Source: Eledone cirrhosa
Lineage: Eukaryota
Length of the DNA: 64,000 nt
Assembly (NCBI GenBank): GCA_964016885.1
Contig: OZ024742.1
Location: forward strand, 81,592,001-81,656,000
Direction: 5' to 3'
Positions 27,348 through 41,090 of the stretch are shown here, one piece after another. The notes beneath the pieces are model-generated. The model was not told the DNA's origin. It was given only the letters and a program-made list of their open reading frames with translations, and did not search any database. The position numbers were made by a program, and so were the translations under genes. The first letter of the stretch is position 1. Each line of letters starts with the position of its first letter.

Positions 27348-28989
27348 AGTGTTTGGGTGTGTGCGCCTCTCGCTGTGTGCGTCTGAGTGTTGTAAATATG
27401 AGTATGTGTGTGTGCGTTTGAAAAGGTCGTCGATAAAATTAAACTGCACATGATTTAGGTATATGTTTTTCATATTTTATATAAAGAATGTTGCGCTCGT
27501 TGTAAATATTCGTGCAATAATATCTGAAATGTTGACAAAAGAAGAATCTCTTGTGTCTTTTTGTGTTCGGGGGGACAAGAAAAATTCTTTATAATTTACA
27601 TAGTATACATTTCATCTTTAAAGTTTCAAATTAGGATAGGTTCTTTTATCTATTTACTTTAAATTGTATTATGGTCGGCTGAAAAATTTAACGGCTGAAA
27701 CTTTAACGGCTGACACTAAAATTTAACTAGGCTGACTAAGATACTCTCATGTAATGTCCACATGATGTTTATTTTTCAACATAGTCCCTGCAAAGAAACA
27801 ATGATGTTAGTATTAAGAATAGCTGAATTAATGCAAGAAAGAATTTACAGCTCTAGAATCGTACGCAGTCCGTCAACAATTATTGGCATTTCTGAGGGTA
27901 TTTTACTTGTTCTATAAAATTATAACGTTTTTTTTTAAAGATACTTGCAATTAAATTAAAGATACTTACTGCAATTAAAGATACTTGCAATTAAATTATA
28001 TATACCATCGAAGTAGTAATTAGTGGGCATGGCTGAAAAACAGTCTAACAGTTTGGCCATAAACTCCACTGGAAGGAAAAACGTTAGCAGCGTACTAGGG
28101 CATTTCAAACTCGAAAAATACGTGTGATGAGGCTTCTATTTCTAGGTTAATTTTCAATAAATACATATAAACATTTCTAAACATAGATCATATATTTCGA
28201 AGTTTCCAAAATATTAGATCTGGCCACACCTGACGCAAATTTCAGGGTTGAAATCGTGAAGGGAAATTTCTCTTGATGTAAGATATTTCTCGACGCACAA
28301 CGTACACAAAGCGAAATTATTTTGCTACTATATATCCTTCATCGGTTCAATGATGAAGTTCCCTCCTCCAGCTAACTCTGCCTAGCATTGCCGACGAAAT
28401 CTCCACTGCTTCCAACCAGGTGTCATCTTCGTGAACATACTTCAGCATTCTGGACTCGTATGCACATATCAGCTTCCCCGAAGAGAACAATATCAGCAGG
28501 TTCATTTGGCGTTTCATATGTCCTGCTAATGCGAGCCTTCTACTCCTTTTGATATCAGCATGTTGAGATTCTATTGATATTTATTCATTATCATTGTGCT
28601 TTCCATATTCATGAAGCAGAAGCCAGTACTCGGTTGTATTAATAAGTTGGTAAAAACGATAGGACAATGAAACATGTGATGAATAATACATAATAAATAT
28701 ATGTCAACTAAACTGGAGATAACATACTTTGACTAGTTTATCCTAAATGTTTAGGAACTAGAATTGCTTTTGGTTGTTGATATTGAAGATACGATAAGGA
28801 TTTTGAGAAATATAATTATCCCATTAGCCGAAAATCTGATAATTTTGTATTTAATTGTTATTACGTTAACGTAGAACACATTGTAAGAGGACATTGCTAC
28901 AGGACAGTTATTTTAAATATAATCATTCGAAGATATTATATTTCAAATCATTATTGAACGTTTAAAAGTTACATAAATAGATAATTCTT

Positions 28990-29900
28990 TCTTTATAGTG
29001 ATAGTTTACTGGTTGGTTAAGTGTCTGGACGTCATTTATAGCATGCCGGTTGTCTCTGTGCAATGTACTGAAATACCTGTAGGTTTCTGTGTTCAGAACA
29101 CTATTCTGCCTCACCATTCTGCCTTGAATGAAAACTCTCTGGGATTTGAGGAGCTGCATATCAGATATGTAGGTCCACATCTTCCCCAGGTATTTCCTAA
29201 ACTTTAGGTTGGTTGCCATCATATTTGCCTCTAGTAGAATGTTCCGGACAGTCTCCCGTTTCGGTTGGATTTGTAATTGACTTATAAGCAGATACCTCCA
29301 CTGTTCTCCTTACTCAAATGCACATTGAAGTCACACAGAGCAAGCAGGATTATGTGAGCAATTGTGGTGTTGTCATCTAACACCTGCGCATTCTCATTAT
29401 TGTTCCCCCCATTTAGACTATAGGCTGCGATGTCTGTCAGCATTGGGTTTCCATTGAAGATCACACACAAAACTCACGAGCGACCAGTATGAGATACCTC
29501 ACTAACTGGTTTTCTCCTGCTCTCAACACACACCCTGTTATTCCTAGTGCAGCATTACGTTATTCTTCACATTTGATGTGATGATGAATTGGCTCTTATT
29601 TGCGATCCACGTTCTCTTCCCGTGCTCATCATATTCTTTGATCGCAAGGATCTGCACACCACCCTTCTATTCACCAGCGACCTAACATTCCTCAAATTTA
29701 ATGGTTCTTCTGCAGCACACAACTGAGTTCCTTTCATTGTCTGCTGTGTATCAGAGTCAGAGACAGCCCGTCCATCATCCGCCAGCCCTCACTCCGACTT
29801 TAATCCAAATGGTCTGACTGCTTCTTGAATTTATAGTTACGGGTTCTAAGCTTTGTGCTGTTAATTACACTGTCCATGGTCTTTTCGATGGCTGATAATA
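28990..29900 (-). mobile_element. Highly decayed LINE endonuclease remnant
   Basis: Minus ORF 29282-29470 has IILLALCDFNVHL (GDFN-like); locally raised GC. Clade not assignable. Confidence 0.35.
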
Positions 29901-30982
29901 AAATGCTGGTGCCACTGGTGTAAGGTAATTATTGAATGGGCACTACTGAACCGGGAGTGAGCAGACTTCGGAGCGAACACAACTAAGAGGTAACTCCACA
30001 TTACGCAGAGCTCCTGAACTCCCGAACTTACCACTGGACGAAGGCTAATGTCATATCCAAGATCATTGATATAAAACCATATATGTAATCTGTAAAGAGA
30101 ATTATATCAATCGAATAAAGAAATATTTGTATCAGCCTGTATTAGCCCACGCAATATATTAAACTTTTACATTGGCTATTGTATTAGATATATATTCTAC
30201 AAGATATATTTGCAAATTTATAAATTAATTCTTGAAATAAAAATGGAAATAAATCTAAATATAAGGTACCTGTTTAAATCCAATTTAATTTTATGGATAT
30301 GTATTCATATTTAATCCAGTTTAATTCTATGTATATCTATTTCTATTTAAGTTTGTATTGAAAGAAACGAAATGAAATTAATGCTTGTATGTTCACGCCC
30401 TGATAGTATTATTATAACATGGCTAAGTAATTAACGACTTTAGATTTGACGTCATCCACTGGCTCGACGAAAATATATTCAGTGTAAATGGTTGTTCGTG
30501 TGCAAACAGTTAGTTTTGTTGACGTTCTGTTAAATTGCAAATATATACAATCATAATTTATGAACATGTGTATTATTGAAGCATATAAGTTATGTATTAC
30601 GATGTAATAATTACATGGCCTCTAAAGAATGGCGCTTTCATGTAGATGCACATGCACCATTATACTCACATATTGTATGGGTGTGTGTTTGTGTGTGCGT
30701 TAACCGGCTGAAGCATGTGGTGTAAGTATGCCGAGGTAAACAATTCAGGATAGCACTCCTCATCAAATCATATCGTAGAAGATAATTCTGTATGATAAAA
30801 TACACGAAATAATATACGAATAAATCTGTAGCCTTTCTAGGCTAAATACATATTTAACGTTATATATTTTAAATTTAAATCCAAAGCATTCTCAACATAT
30901 AATTCATATTTTATATAATAACTCACAATGAAATAACACAACTTAGTCTACAAAAGCCCATTATTTCGTGACAATCGGCAAA

Positions 30983-31172
30983 GGGCGGTGGATTGGCAGT
31001 ATCGGTAGAGGGTCGGACGCCATGCTTTGACGCATAGAGTTACGGCCCTTGCCATTCTGAGTTCAAATAGCGCCGAGGTTAACTTTGCCTTTCATCCTTA
31101 CGGGGTCGATAAAATAAAGTACCAGTAATGTACTGGGTAATTTCTGGCCTTGTGCCAATAGTAGAAACAATT
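30983..31172 (+). mobile_element. Full-length tRNA-derived SINE with target-site duplication
   Basis: attatttcgtgacaatcg occurs on both sides (~30960 and ~31170); pol III A/B-box-like head. Confidence 0.9.
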
Positions 31173-34100
31173 ATTTCGTGACAATCGACAACAGATTTCT
31201 AGTTACATTCTTCACAGTGACAATATGTTTGTACATTGACTTCAGTCAAGTAGTTTATATTTTATCCATTCATTAGAGAGTTGTACTCTATATCTCCCGG
31301 AATATTGCGTACAAGATTAGATATTAAATCGTTAAAGAAGTATTGTTTTGAGCGTTCTGAAATGTTGCCACTTTACATGTGTTGAAGCTAACACATTTTA
31401 TTTACGTCATAATGATGTAAGGCAACGTTACTCACAGCCAGTGTTAACAAGTTGTAAAACGTTGGAACCCACAGAGACATTGTCTGTATAACCTATTCAT
31501 CTCTTTCTTTCATTGAGATGCTTTTATGGCACAACCATTTCACGCTCCATGTCAAAGGTAATGGCTTTGCAAGAAATTTTATTTCAACCACAAAAACAAT
31601 GAACAATAAATATAATTTTATAGATTCAGATTATCAACCCACTACAGGAACATTAAAACTAGGAAAGCCTTATTATAATATTTGTTTTAAATTTTGCATT
31701 AAGATTATTAGGAAATTTAACCGGCCCCGTTATTTATACCAATCAATGTTTTGTGTGGTTTTCACTTTCATATTATAATGCCACTCACTGTCGAACTCCA
31801 ACAATCTCACAAACACTCCAAAATATGTGTTTATACGTTTCCCTATATTTCGACCATTGAAGAAAATAAAATACTATATGACATCACATTTCAGTCAGTG
31901 AAATCCGCAGGATTAGTGAACCATTATAAACGGACAAATTGATTTCAGCAAAATATAATTTATGTAGATCTAAGTCAAACCAGGCTACTTTGAAACTAAC
32001 ACTCCATTTATCTTAAACGAATGTTCTTGAATTAAATACATTCAATCTGAATAAATTACGATATTTCCTTTGGTTTCTTACAAATGTATATGGGTCATAG
32101 AAATAGTTGAAGAACGGTAGGTTAATGACGTGAAGCTGAACTCTATAAAAATAATCATTTCAATAGTATTGCGTTTGCCAACGACACAAACAGTATAAAC
32201 TGCAGTTTCGCAAATATATTTGGTGCAATATTAAAATTATTTCAAAATTATTTCGTGGTTAATGGAGATATTTGAAAATATGAAGGAATTATCTGTTGAA
32301 TTAAATGGCATGATTGAAATTGACTGCATGTTTAATGTCTCAGAATGTCCAAGCAGTTTCAGTGCGGGAGATGTCCTTTGAACAGGAAAATGTAAGAATA
32401 CGAGAACGAAAGGCCATAACGAGGTAAATTGTACCGTGATACAGAGGTTTTGCATAGACAACTGTGGTTATAACAAAGCTTGAAAATACAACAATCTATA
32501 AATATTTCAGTGTGTATGGCGATTTTAGTTTAGAACTATCTAGTTTAATGAGCCGCCATTAAAGAATATATATACTGATAAATGATACAATGAATTAAAT
32601 ATACCATCAGAAGGCAAATATGTAAATATATTTGGCTGATATGGAGATATCATGAGAGAAAGAATGTGAACATACCAACAAGCTTCATTGAAAGGATTAC
32701 CGTTTTTGGTAATTTCATTATATTGTTAATTTATTAATATAAGTTAACTAAAGGTATATCATGCATATTCTCCAAGGTATGCTTGAGTGTTGTCGTCAGT
32801 ACAGAAATGATGTATATATTTCACATTCCATGAAGAAGGAAAATAATACCAAATGTGACAACGAACGGGGATAATATGATGCAAATGCAAAAGAGTTTAT
32901 CATATCCAATTTTTGCAATAGAAGCAACATTACAATAAGTTAAAACCTGATCATATAACCCAAGTAAATTATATGTTTTACTAAAAGTAAATTACCCTTT
33001 TCCCCGAGGGGATGGGGTAGTAATATGAGGGCAGTATGCCCTCTAACGCTTCGAAGACATAAACCGAATTCCATTCGTATAGTCTTCGATAACATCACAC
33101 AAATATAAGGAATGCGTTACTTTCAATTTTTATGAGATTTTAAGATTGATTTTTCCGCTATATTCATCGGAGAAGTCATTTGTCTAAACAGATATATCAA
33201 AATAAGCAGGGAGATGATAATACAGAAATATATGTTTAAAAAAATAATGTTAATACATAGCTTGATCAATGCTTCTGAGAAAATGGTATGAATATGGAAA
33301 TAGATAAATGTGTCATGGAAATGCACATTAAATAAAGGCTCGATAAGATATATTATTTTACAAATTCTTGGTATTCATTATTTTACAAAAGTCAAGGGAA
33401 ACGTACGTGATATATTGCGGTGGAAAATAGTTGTCTTTGCTTTTATATTTAATCAGAATTTCTTAGATGTATATGCTTTCGTAGTGATAGCTATGAAATT
33501 GAATCCATCATGTTAAATATTCTGTTTGAAGATTATTGCTCAATTTTCCCTTCCATAAATGTTGTACTTCCTTTCCTTTACTCCTAAACTCAGCTTATTT
33601 TTTCCCATATATCTAATAGGATCAGTTACATACATTTTATTGATATCGGATAATCAACTACGCCAATCGTTATCAGTAAAACATTCGAAACATATTTATA
33701 ATTCTCTCACATCCAATTAATGGTAATTTTTTGCAATATATACAGAGAAATATTGCACTCTTCTGATTCATAGTATATTTTCTAATATAATAAAATAAAA
33801 TACATAGAATAAACACTTAGAAATCGTTTTTTTAAGAAAATAAATCAAAGGCGGTAGAATGTATGCAGACAAATGCTTTGATAACCCTCGCAAGTTAAGC
33901 ACATTTATGCTATTGCGTTCGAGAGAGTAATAGGAATTTTATGTTCTGAGATAATATTGAGGTAATGCAGTTATATCACAACAGCAAACTGTTCCTGTTG
34001 TCGTTTTATGTTCACCTCTGTATAGCATCATATCGTTAATAACATATCAAATGCTATATATGAGTTAAAGTAACTAACAAAGATTATGAACGAAAACACG

Positions 34101-34342
34101 GGAAACTATATAAGAATTGAGACTTGAAATTCGTTGAAACAAAGTGGTATTCAAAATCATCTACGTATTTAAATCATGTTTCTTCTGAGGCATAACCACA
34201 CTTCTTACATCTATTATTGTTGTCAATGTGCAATCTCATCCAACAGGCAAATTGAGACTTCGAGCGTTTTATAGAGCTTTTGTTTCGTGTATGAACATAA
34301 ATGATATAGTATAATATTAAAGTAATATATATATATATATAT

Positions 34343-34622
34343 AGTCACGAAACATAAGTCAATTGCATGAACTCATAATCCTTTATTTACTGCTATATAT
34401 ATGTCTATGATAGCTATTGAATAGGCTATGACCTCATCAGGCAGTTAGTCAGTTGTTAGATATGCCAGCTCTGTGTGTATAGTGTTGATGGTATCAGAGC
34501 CATGGGACATATGAGCTTGTTAGGAATACTTTGATGTTGTCAGCAGGAATAGTCTTGATTCTCATTGGTCAGTTTGTAGATGGTAGTAGGTTGGTATTTG
34601 ACCTCAAAGAGGCAGGTGGTTC
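34343..34622 (-). mobile_element. TA-embedded element with decayed hammerhead motif (34389-34445), same family as 13801-13910
   Basis: Reverse complement matches 13801-13910; actgc CTGATGA...gcagt with GAAA mutated. Confidence 0.7.
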
Positions 34623-34649
<27 letters not shown>

Positions 34650-34654
<5 letters not shown>

Positions 34655-35172
34655 TTGCAAGGTGTTCGATGTGAAATCGTATGTCGAAACAGATATTGTT
34701 ATACTTGAGGAGAGTCATATTGTTGTAATATTGCCAGAGATAATGACAGAACACACTCACTGTTTTGTTTGGGTTGGTTTTCACTTCTGAATCTTTTATA
34801 TCTCCGTAGTTCATTTATTTGGCAATCAATGTTTATCATTGATTGAGCAGCGGTTAAGAATACGGATATAAAGTTCTTTTGTCGCACATCTACGACATCA
34901 TCAGTGGTAAAATTATGTTTCCTCCCATTCAAGTTTAATGTCTACGCCATTTTTATTTAATTAAAAATTAAATAACAATTAAGTAAAAGATTAAATAAAA
35001 CTAGTGTTGACATTACAATAGAAGGGGAGGCAACATAATACTACCACTGATCATGTCACACGTGTGCGACGAAAGAACTTTGATTAACTATATATATATT
35101 TATATCTGTCTTTTTACTCGCTGGTCAATCAACAATAAACATTCATTACCAAATAAATCAATTATGGAGATA
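34650..35172. mobile_element. TA-adjacent foldback element with a decayed hammerhead motif in each arm
   Basis: ~34800-34970 is inverted against ~34980-35172. Plus arm: acca CTGATCA tgtcaca...tgcgac GAAA (35043-35074). Minus arm: acca CTGATGA tgtcgta...tgcgac AAAA. Confidence 0.6.
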
Positions 35173-35479
35173 CGGCTCGATCAAATTAAATCAAATTTTA
35201 CAAGGTAATATTATAAGGCCCCGGATGTGACAACATTTTATTTACATTTCGATTAAACCAATATAACACATTATCTGAAATAATCTACTATAGCCAACTA
35301 TAAGTAAACATATATTATATAACACGAGGACGACGTCACATTTTGTATATGATTTCGCGTTCGTTACGACTTAATAAGTTTAATACATACACACCTTCAC
35401 GTACTTACATAATCAGATACACAGATAATTAAACACATACACATACACATACACACACAGAGATACACCCACACCCACA

Positions 35480-35572
<93 letters not shown>

Positions 35573-36226
35573 ACATCTAAACATGCATATATTTAAAGCT
35601 TTCGCGGGCAGCATCTCCGATTCAAACGCTGTTTTACACACACACAAACGCACGTACACATACACGCGCACCGTCACACACATGCACATTCATATACAAT
35701 TATATATATCTATCTAAACTATAATAAAGTAAGGACTATGGGACTGCGTCCGGTTTATTTATTTTAATCCAGTTAGTAAAATAAGTTGGATTACTTTGAA
35801 TAAATAATGACTGAATATTACATAATTGTTATACTAAATTTCGTAAACATTAATAATTTAAAATTTACTTCTTTTTAGTCCTATTCACATTTCTGCACTT
35901 CCGGTAAATCATAGCCACCACCAACACTTCAACTATATATATAGAAAGATGAGAAAGATAGAGAGATTATGATTTTCTACTCGCTGACGCGTATGGGTGT
36001 GCACATACATACTTCTATATGTATGAATATATAACTATAATCGCGCAAATGCAAACCTATAAAAATAGACGCTCACGGACATATATTCACACAAATAAAC
36101 ATACATTCACACATACTTTCACACAAACATTCACACATTCACACATATACATTTACACAAACACACACATAGTTATGATAGCAGCGTTCTGTGAATTGGA
36201 AATGGGAAGGTAAAACAAGTATAACG

Positions 36227-36320
36227 TTTTATTTATTTATTAAGTCTTTATTTATTTATTAAGTCTTTATTTATTTATTAAGTCTTTATTTATTTATTAA
36301 GTCTTTATTTATTTATTATT
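36227..36320. repeat. 19-bp tandem repeat (aagtctttatttatttatt, ~4 copies), giving many AATAAA on the minus strand after the Ly6 stop
   Basis: Seen directly. Confidence 0.85.
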
Positions 36321-36338
36321 AACTCTTTTTTTTAAAAC

Positions 36339-36484
36339 TCATTTAATATATCTAGGGATGTACATTAGTGGAGCTGAATTACAATAATCTGTATTGCAGA
36401 CACAGGCTGTCACAGCTATCTTATTGTATGTTGAAGAATAGCAGGAATCCTTTTCTCGCTTGGAACACATTCTGTTTATTTCAG
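36339..36484 (-). pseudogene. Ly6/uPAR three-finger (quiver/sleepless-like) gene, exon 3
   Basis: Acceptor ...acaacaaag|CT, phase 1. Encodes AEINRMCSKREKDSCYSSTYNKIAVTACVCNTDYCNSAPLMYIPRYIK* with the C-x-C-x4-CN terminal motif. Confidence 0.8.
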
Positions 36485-36699
36485 CTTTGTTGTATTTAAA
36501 AAGAAAATGAGAGAGAAAGCTAGAAAGAAAAAGAGGCATACAGAGATAGATAGAGAGAAATAGATTTAATAAACAGTTAATATTTTCATTATTAATCTGG
36601 TATTTGGAACATAACTAAAGATTCTTACATAAAATCATGTTAGGTTTTTATTTCAATAAAATCCTTTTGTAATCATATTTCCAATGAAATACCAATTAT

Positions 36700-36990
36700 C
36701 GTCATCACGATTTAACGTCCATTTTTCCATGCATTTGTCCCATTGTGAGTCAAGTCAGGTCAGAAGACCATGTCTTGCTCAAACATATCTGTTTCTGGCT
36801 TGCTCCCTTTTCTAATGCCAACCATATTTACAGTGTGGACTGGGTCTTTTTTATTATGGCACCAAAATGACCACTTTACAGTGTGCACTGGGCAAATTTT
36901 GTCATAGCACTGGGAACGACCACTTTACAATATGGACTGGGCACTTTAAGTTGTGGCACCAGAATGACCACTTTACAGTATGTACTGAGA
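36700..36990 (-). mobile_element. SINE with internal ccactttacagtgtggactggg repeats
   Basis: Opposite-orientation relative of 39020-39415. Confidence 0.55.
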
Positions 36991-37541
36991 TATATGGACC
37001 AATGTCCATGTACATGTTAATCTTGGAAAACAATTAAAAATTAGAAGGATTTGGTAAAATAACTAATTTCCGATGAAGCTAATGTTTGGAAGATAACAAA
37101 ACATTCTTACATAAAATTATGACGAAATGTTTTTAGTTAAATATAAACACTTTAAACAGTTTATAGAACCAGGGGCAGTTTCAGGTGGTTTGTTATTAAA
37201 AGGAGATATGATATAAGAAAAAAAAATATGAAAGCAACATTTGCAAGCTATAATATATAGGTAGTGAGAGAAATTGAAGTCAACACGTTTGATCTCAAAC
37301 TGCCTGAAACTGCCACTGGTTCTATTATACAAAACTGGTCGTTTTAAATTATTCGTACTTATATTAAAATCTTCTATCATAATTTTATGTAAGACATTTT
37401 TGTTATGTTTCAAACACCAGCTTAATATACAGTTTAGTTATTTTACTAAATTCCTCTAATTAGTTTTACTTTTTAAAAAATTAACTGAAACTCATTAGCA
37501 GTGTCTTTCATTAGATATATATAGCAACAAAAGGGTTAAGC

Positions 37542-37921
37542 CAGTGGTTCTCAACTGGAGTTCATATAATAAAATGATAAATTGGGGTTTTCACAGTAGT
37601 ATCTTAGGGGTTGATGAAAACATCTTGCTTTCAAAGAAAATACCTTAAGCCTTAGAGAAAGAACACAAATGAAACAATTAAGCAGTTAATCAAAAATTCC
37701 CAAGGAAATTAAAAGAAATCAAAAGAAACCACAAAGCTTGGGTTGAAAGATAATAGCACTAATATTTTCTGTATATTTATGACATGTTTTAATTGTGAAC
37801 ATTAATTTTCCATGGAATTTAGTTGTGAAAGTTTATGTGCAATTGATATTTCAATAATTTTTAATACAATTTCTGATATTTATGAGGGTGCATAGGTAAA
37901 AAAAAAGGTTGAGAACCACTG
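37542..37921. mobile_element. hAT (Charlie-like) MITE
   Basis: TIRs cagtggttctcaac / gttgagaaccactg; 8-bp TSD ggttaagc / ggttaaac. Confidence 0.8.
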
Positions 37922-38183
37922 GGTTAAACAATAAAAAGTTAATGTTTTTAGAAACTGTTTTCCAGAACATTCCTTTAAGTCATTGATAATCTAGTTCTGG
38001 TTCGATGAAATGAAATAATTAAATAAAATGTTCCAACATAGTTTTATACAAGAGCTATATGCTAAGTTATTATCTTAGTAAATCCCTCCTAATTAATAAA
38101 TTGAAATACAGTGTGTAACTCATTAGAAATTCTATCACAAAAGCGTTAAAGGAGAGATTTTAGAAAATAGTTTGTTACATTAC

Positions 38184-38311
38184 CTGCATTCAATCCTCTT
38201 GTTTTTTTACAAGATCCTAAGCAGTCATAAACTTGCACATGTTGAAAGACAAATACATCTCCGCAACTTAAATTATCGAATGGAGAAGAGAATAACACTT
38301 GATGGCACTTC
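38184..38311 (-). pseudogene. Ly6/uPAR-like gene, exon 2, frameshifted
   Basis: Acceptor tttcttgttttgtag|GA, donor GCAG|gtaatg. Reads GSAIKCYS, then after a frameshift SSPFDNLSCGDVFVFQHVQVYDCLGSCKKTRGLNA. Length 128 nt between two phase-1 junctions. Confidence 0.8.
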
Positions 38312-39019
38312 CTACAAAACAAGAAATATGATATTTGTTAGAAGTGATTCTACAAGTATGTGGTACACCTAACACACTACTTCCACCACCACCACTATCG
38401 CCATATTTATTGTGAATGTGTATGGCAATTGTAAGGCTGTGAGTTTGATTCTTGATGGGACATTGTGTCCTTAGGCAATACATTTTATTTCATGTTGCCT
38501 TGTAATTCAAAAGGCCAGCCTTGTCACATACTAGGTCATGCTGAATGTCCATTAACACTAGGTTAATGGTACACATGTTTGTGGATTGCTTAGCCACTTG
38601 CATATTAATTTTATGAGAATGTTGTTTTGTTGATTAAGAAATGATGGAACTCCAACACACACACACTTGGTCATTGTGTCTTTAGTAGTTTCCTTTATTA
38701 CATATATTTCTTCACATCATCTGCATGAATCTCAGTAGTCTAAGAAGAGATGGCACAAGGCCAGACAATTTGGTAGAAAAGAAGAGGTAGACTTGGGATG
38801 AGGTAATAAAATCTGACCTTGCAAAATTACACCTCTCAAAGGCAATGACTCAGGACCCCAACATTTGGCGCTATGCAGTTTTATAGAAGATCCGCCCGCC
38901 AGTGTTCTCGGGATGAGGCTTATACCTAGTAGGCAACACCTTTCTCAACCTGCTATCTCCTCTCATCCATCTACCTTAGCGGTAACCATACCTACTACAG
39001 TAGTCCCCACTGTGTCGGT

Positions 39020-39415
39020 GACACAACAAAGGTGCCCAGTCCACACTGTAAAGAACATCCAGCCCACACTGTAAAGTGATCATGTAGGTGTCACAACAAA
39101 AAGTACCCAGCACACTCTGTAAATGTGGTTGGTGTTATGAAGGGCATCCAGCCATAGAAAACCATCCCCAAAACACCCAGCCCACGCTGTAAAGTGGACC
39201 TGTAAAAGAAACGGCAAAAAGTCATCCAGCACACATTGTAAATGTGGTTGGTGTTAGGAAGGGCATCCGGCCATAGAAAACCATCCAGAAATTCTCCTAT
39301 ATGAACAAGACACAGTCACACGACCCAACTTGCCTCTAACAGGTACAAACCCGTCTAACTAGGAAGATAGGCTTTAATTGATGATGATGATGACGACGAC
39401 AATGACGATGATGAT
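39020..39415 (+). mobile_element. SINE with V-domain-like ggaagggcatccggcc motif, internal duplications and (GAT)n tail
   Basis: Repeated cccagcacactgtaaag...ggaagggcatcc units and a gatgatgat tail. Confidence 0.6.
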
Positions 39416-39659
39416 GGTCAATTGACACCTGTATATGCCTAGAGCAATGACTTCCAAATTTATTTCACTGCAGAACACTTATACAATTTTCCTCACCAAC
39501 CAAATTTTAATAAAAAAAATTAAATTAAATGAAATTAGAAAGAGAGAATTGATTCATATATATGAAAAGAAGAAACACATTTTAAATAAACAACATCTGC
39601 TCTTGTAGAAACTTAGACATTTTTTACAGAGCATTGTCACCACTTTATACCTTTAAAGA

Positions 39660-39783
39660 AGTGTTTTTCAATGTGGGGCATATATACTATGCTATAACTT
39701 ATGTGCATGGAGGGGTGAAGCATGTATTTTGTGGGGAAGGGAATCAAACAGGAATTTGAGATGAAAAAAGATGAGAAACACTG
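39660..39783. mobile_element. Decayed hAT-like MITE
   Basis: agtgtttttcaa ... tgagaaacactg with similar 8-bp flanks. Confidence 0.4.
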
Positions 39784-40143
39784 GGTTAAAGTAAGCCAAG
39801 AACAAAAATCCAAATCTCAATTCCAATTCGCATTAATATATATTTAAAGTATATTTGTCAACGACTAGTTAGCTTATACCAATTTAAAATAGAACATTAC
39901 AAAATATTTTTTTTTTGCACTCTTTATTTAGTTACTTATTTTTAATGATTTAGGATTGGAATATTTCAGAGGGTCAATGAGGAAACATCTTACGTTGCGT
40001 TTGTGAAAACCTATATCCTCGTGGTTAGTATTGAACTTACAATATGCTCATGGGTCTGGTTCCTAGACCACATAGTACATTGTTTTCTTGAGCAAGACAC
40101 TTCATTTCATATTGAGTACTCTCTTGACTGACAACTATATATG

Positions 40144-40219
<76 letters not shown>

Positions 40220-40220
<1 letters not shown>

Positions 40221-40368
40221 GTTATTCCGGGTTGAATCGGAGGTAACCACAGTAAGTAAGGTACTCAATACATTGCAGAGTATAAAAGTGTTAATATAGA
40301 TGAGATTCCTGATGATTTCTAAAGAATGAAACAGTTCTAGTCCTGTAGAATCTCATCTATATTAAAAC
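40220..40368 (+). mobile_element. ~150-bp hammerhead-bearing insertion inside a (TA)n tract
   Basis: Unique sequence bounded by (TA)n on both sides; contains tactcaatac, also seen at ~49354-49363(-). Confidence 0.75.
40291..40365 (+). ncRNA. Type I hammerhead ribozyme with perfect 18-bp stem I
   Basis: ttaatatagatgagattc CTGATGA t-ttc-taaa-gaa-t GAAA cag-ttctagtc-ctg TA gaatctcatctatattaa. GUA triplet, predicted cut after 40347; U-U mismatch at the base of stem II. Confidence 0.85.
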
Positions 40369-41090
40369 TATATATATATATATATATATAAGCTAGCATG
40401 GAAAAGCGGACGTAAAAAAGATGATGATGATGATGATGATGATAAAGGAAGACTATTAAATAGAATCTCATGAAGAATGCCACACCAACAAGAAAGAAAT
40501 ATTCTGTTTTAATATTTTACCTGACTAATTAATAGAGTATTCTTCATATGTGCTACATATATTTTCTACATATGCTATTTTCTTTTATATGATTTTCTTT
40601 ACATATTATGCTAACTAACTATATGTACCTGCCACTGCTTTTTACAAACATTTCCTACAACTTAATTAACAAATGTTATTCTACTGATATAGAAGAATAA
40701 TAATAACATTCTAAATAAATAAACAGCACATAAACCTATTCACTACAATCTATTAGATACATTTCTACTCCTGGAGAGTCACCCAACATATTTCAATCTA
40801 GCTATACAGAAAAACTAACCAACAACTCTAAATTGTATTAACATAGAAATCATAGGTAAACATGGCTTTTAAAAACATTCCATCTGCAAAAAATGTTTTG
40901 AATCTAAATGCTTGCTGTATGCTAAATGGTTTTGATATTGTTTTTTTTTGTGTTCTTTACACCTTGCAAGGTTGTTAAACCCTATATATTCTCTGTAAAT
41001 TTCCTGGAGATATGCGGATTATAGGTAATATGTATGGTGTAGTTAATTGATAACTAATAATTTCCAGTCCTTCTACAAATGCATATATAC

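Noticed and set aside
30983-31080. tRNA-like A/B boxes
   Set aside because: SINE head; no complete cloverleaf.
40629-40654. 26-nt AG...GT segment that could re-phase Ly6 exon 2 (RKCHQVLF frame)
   Set aside because: Weak acceptor, and the product would lack the canonical IKCYxC start; pseudogenisation is simpler.
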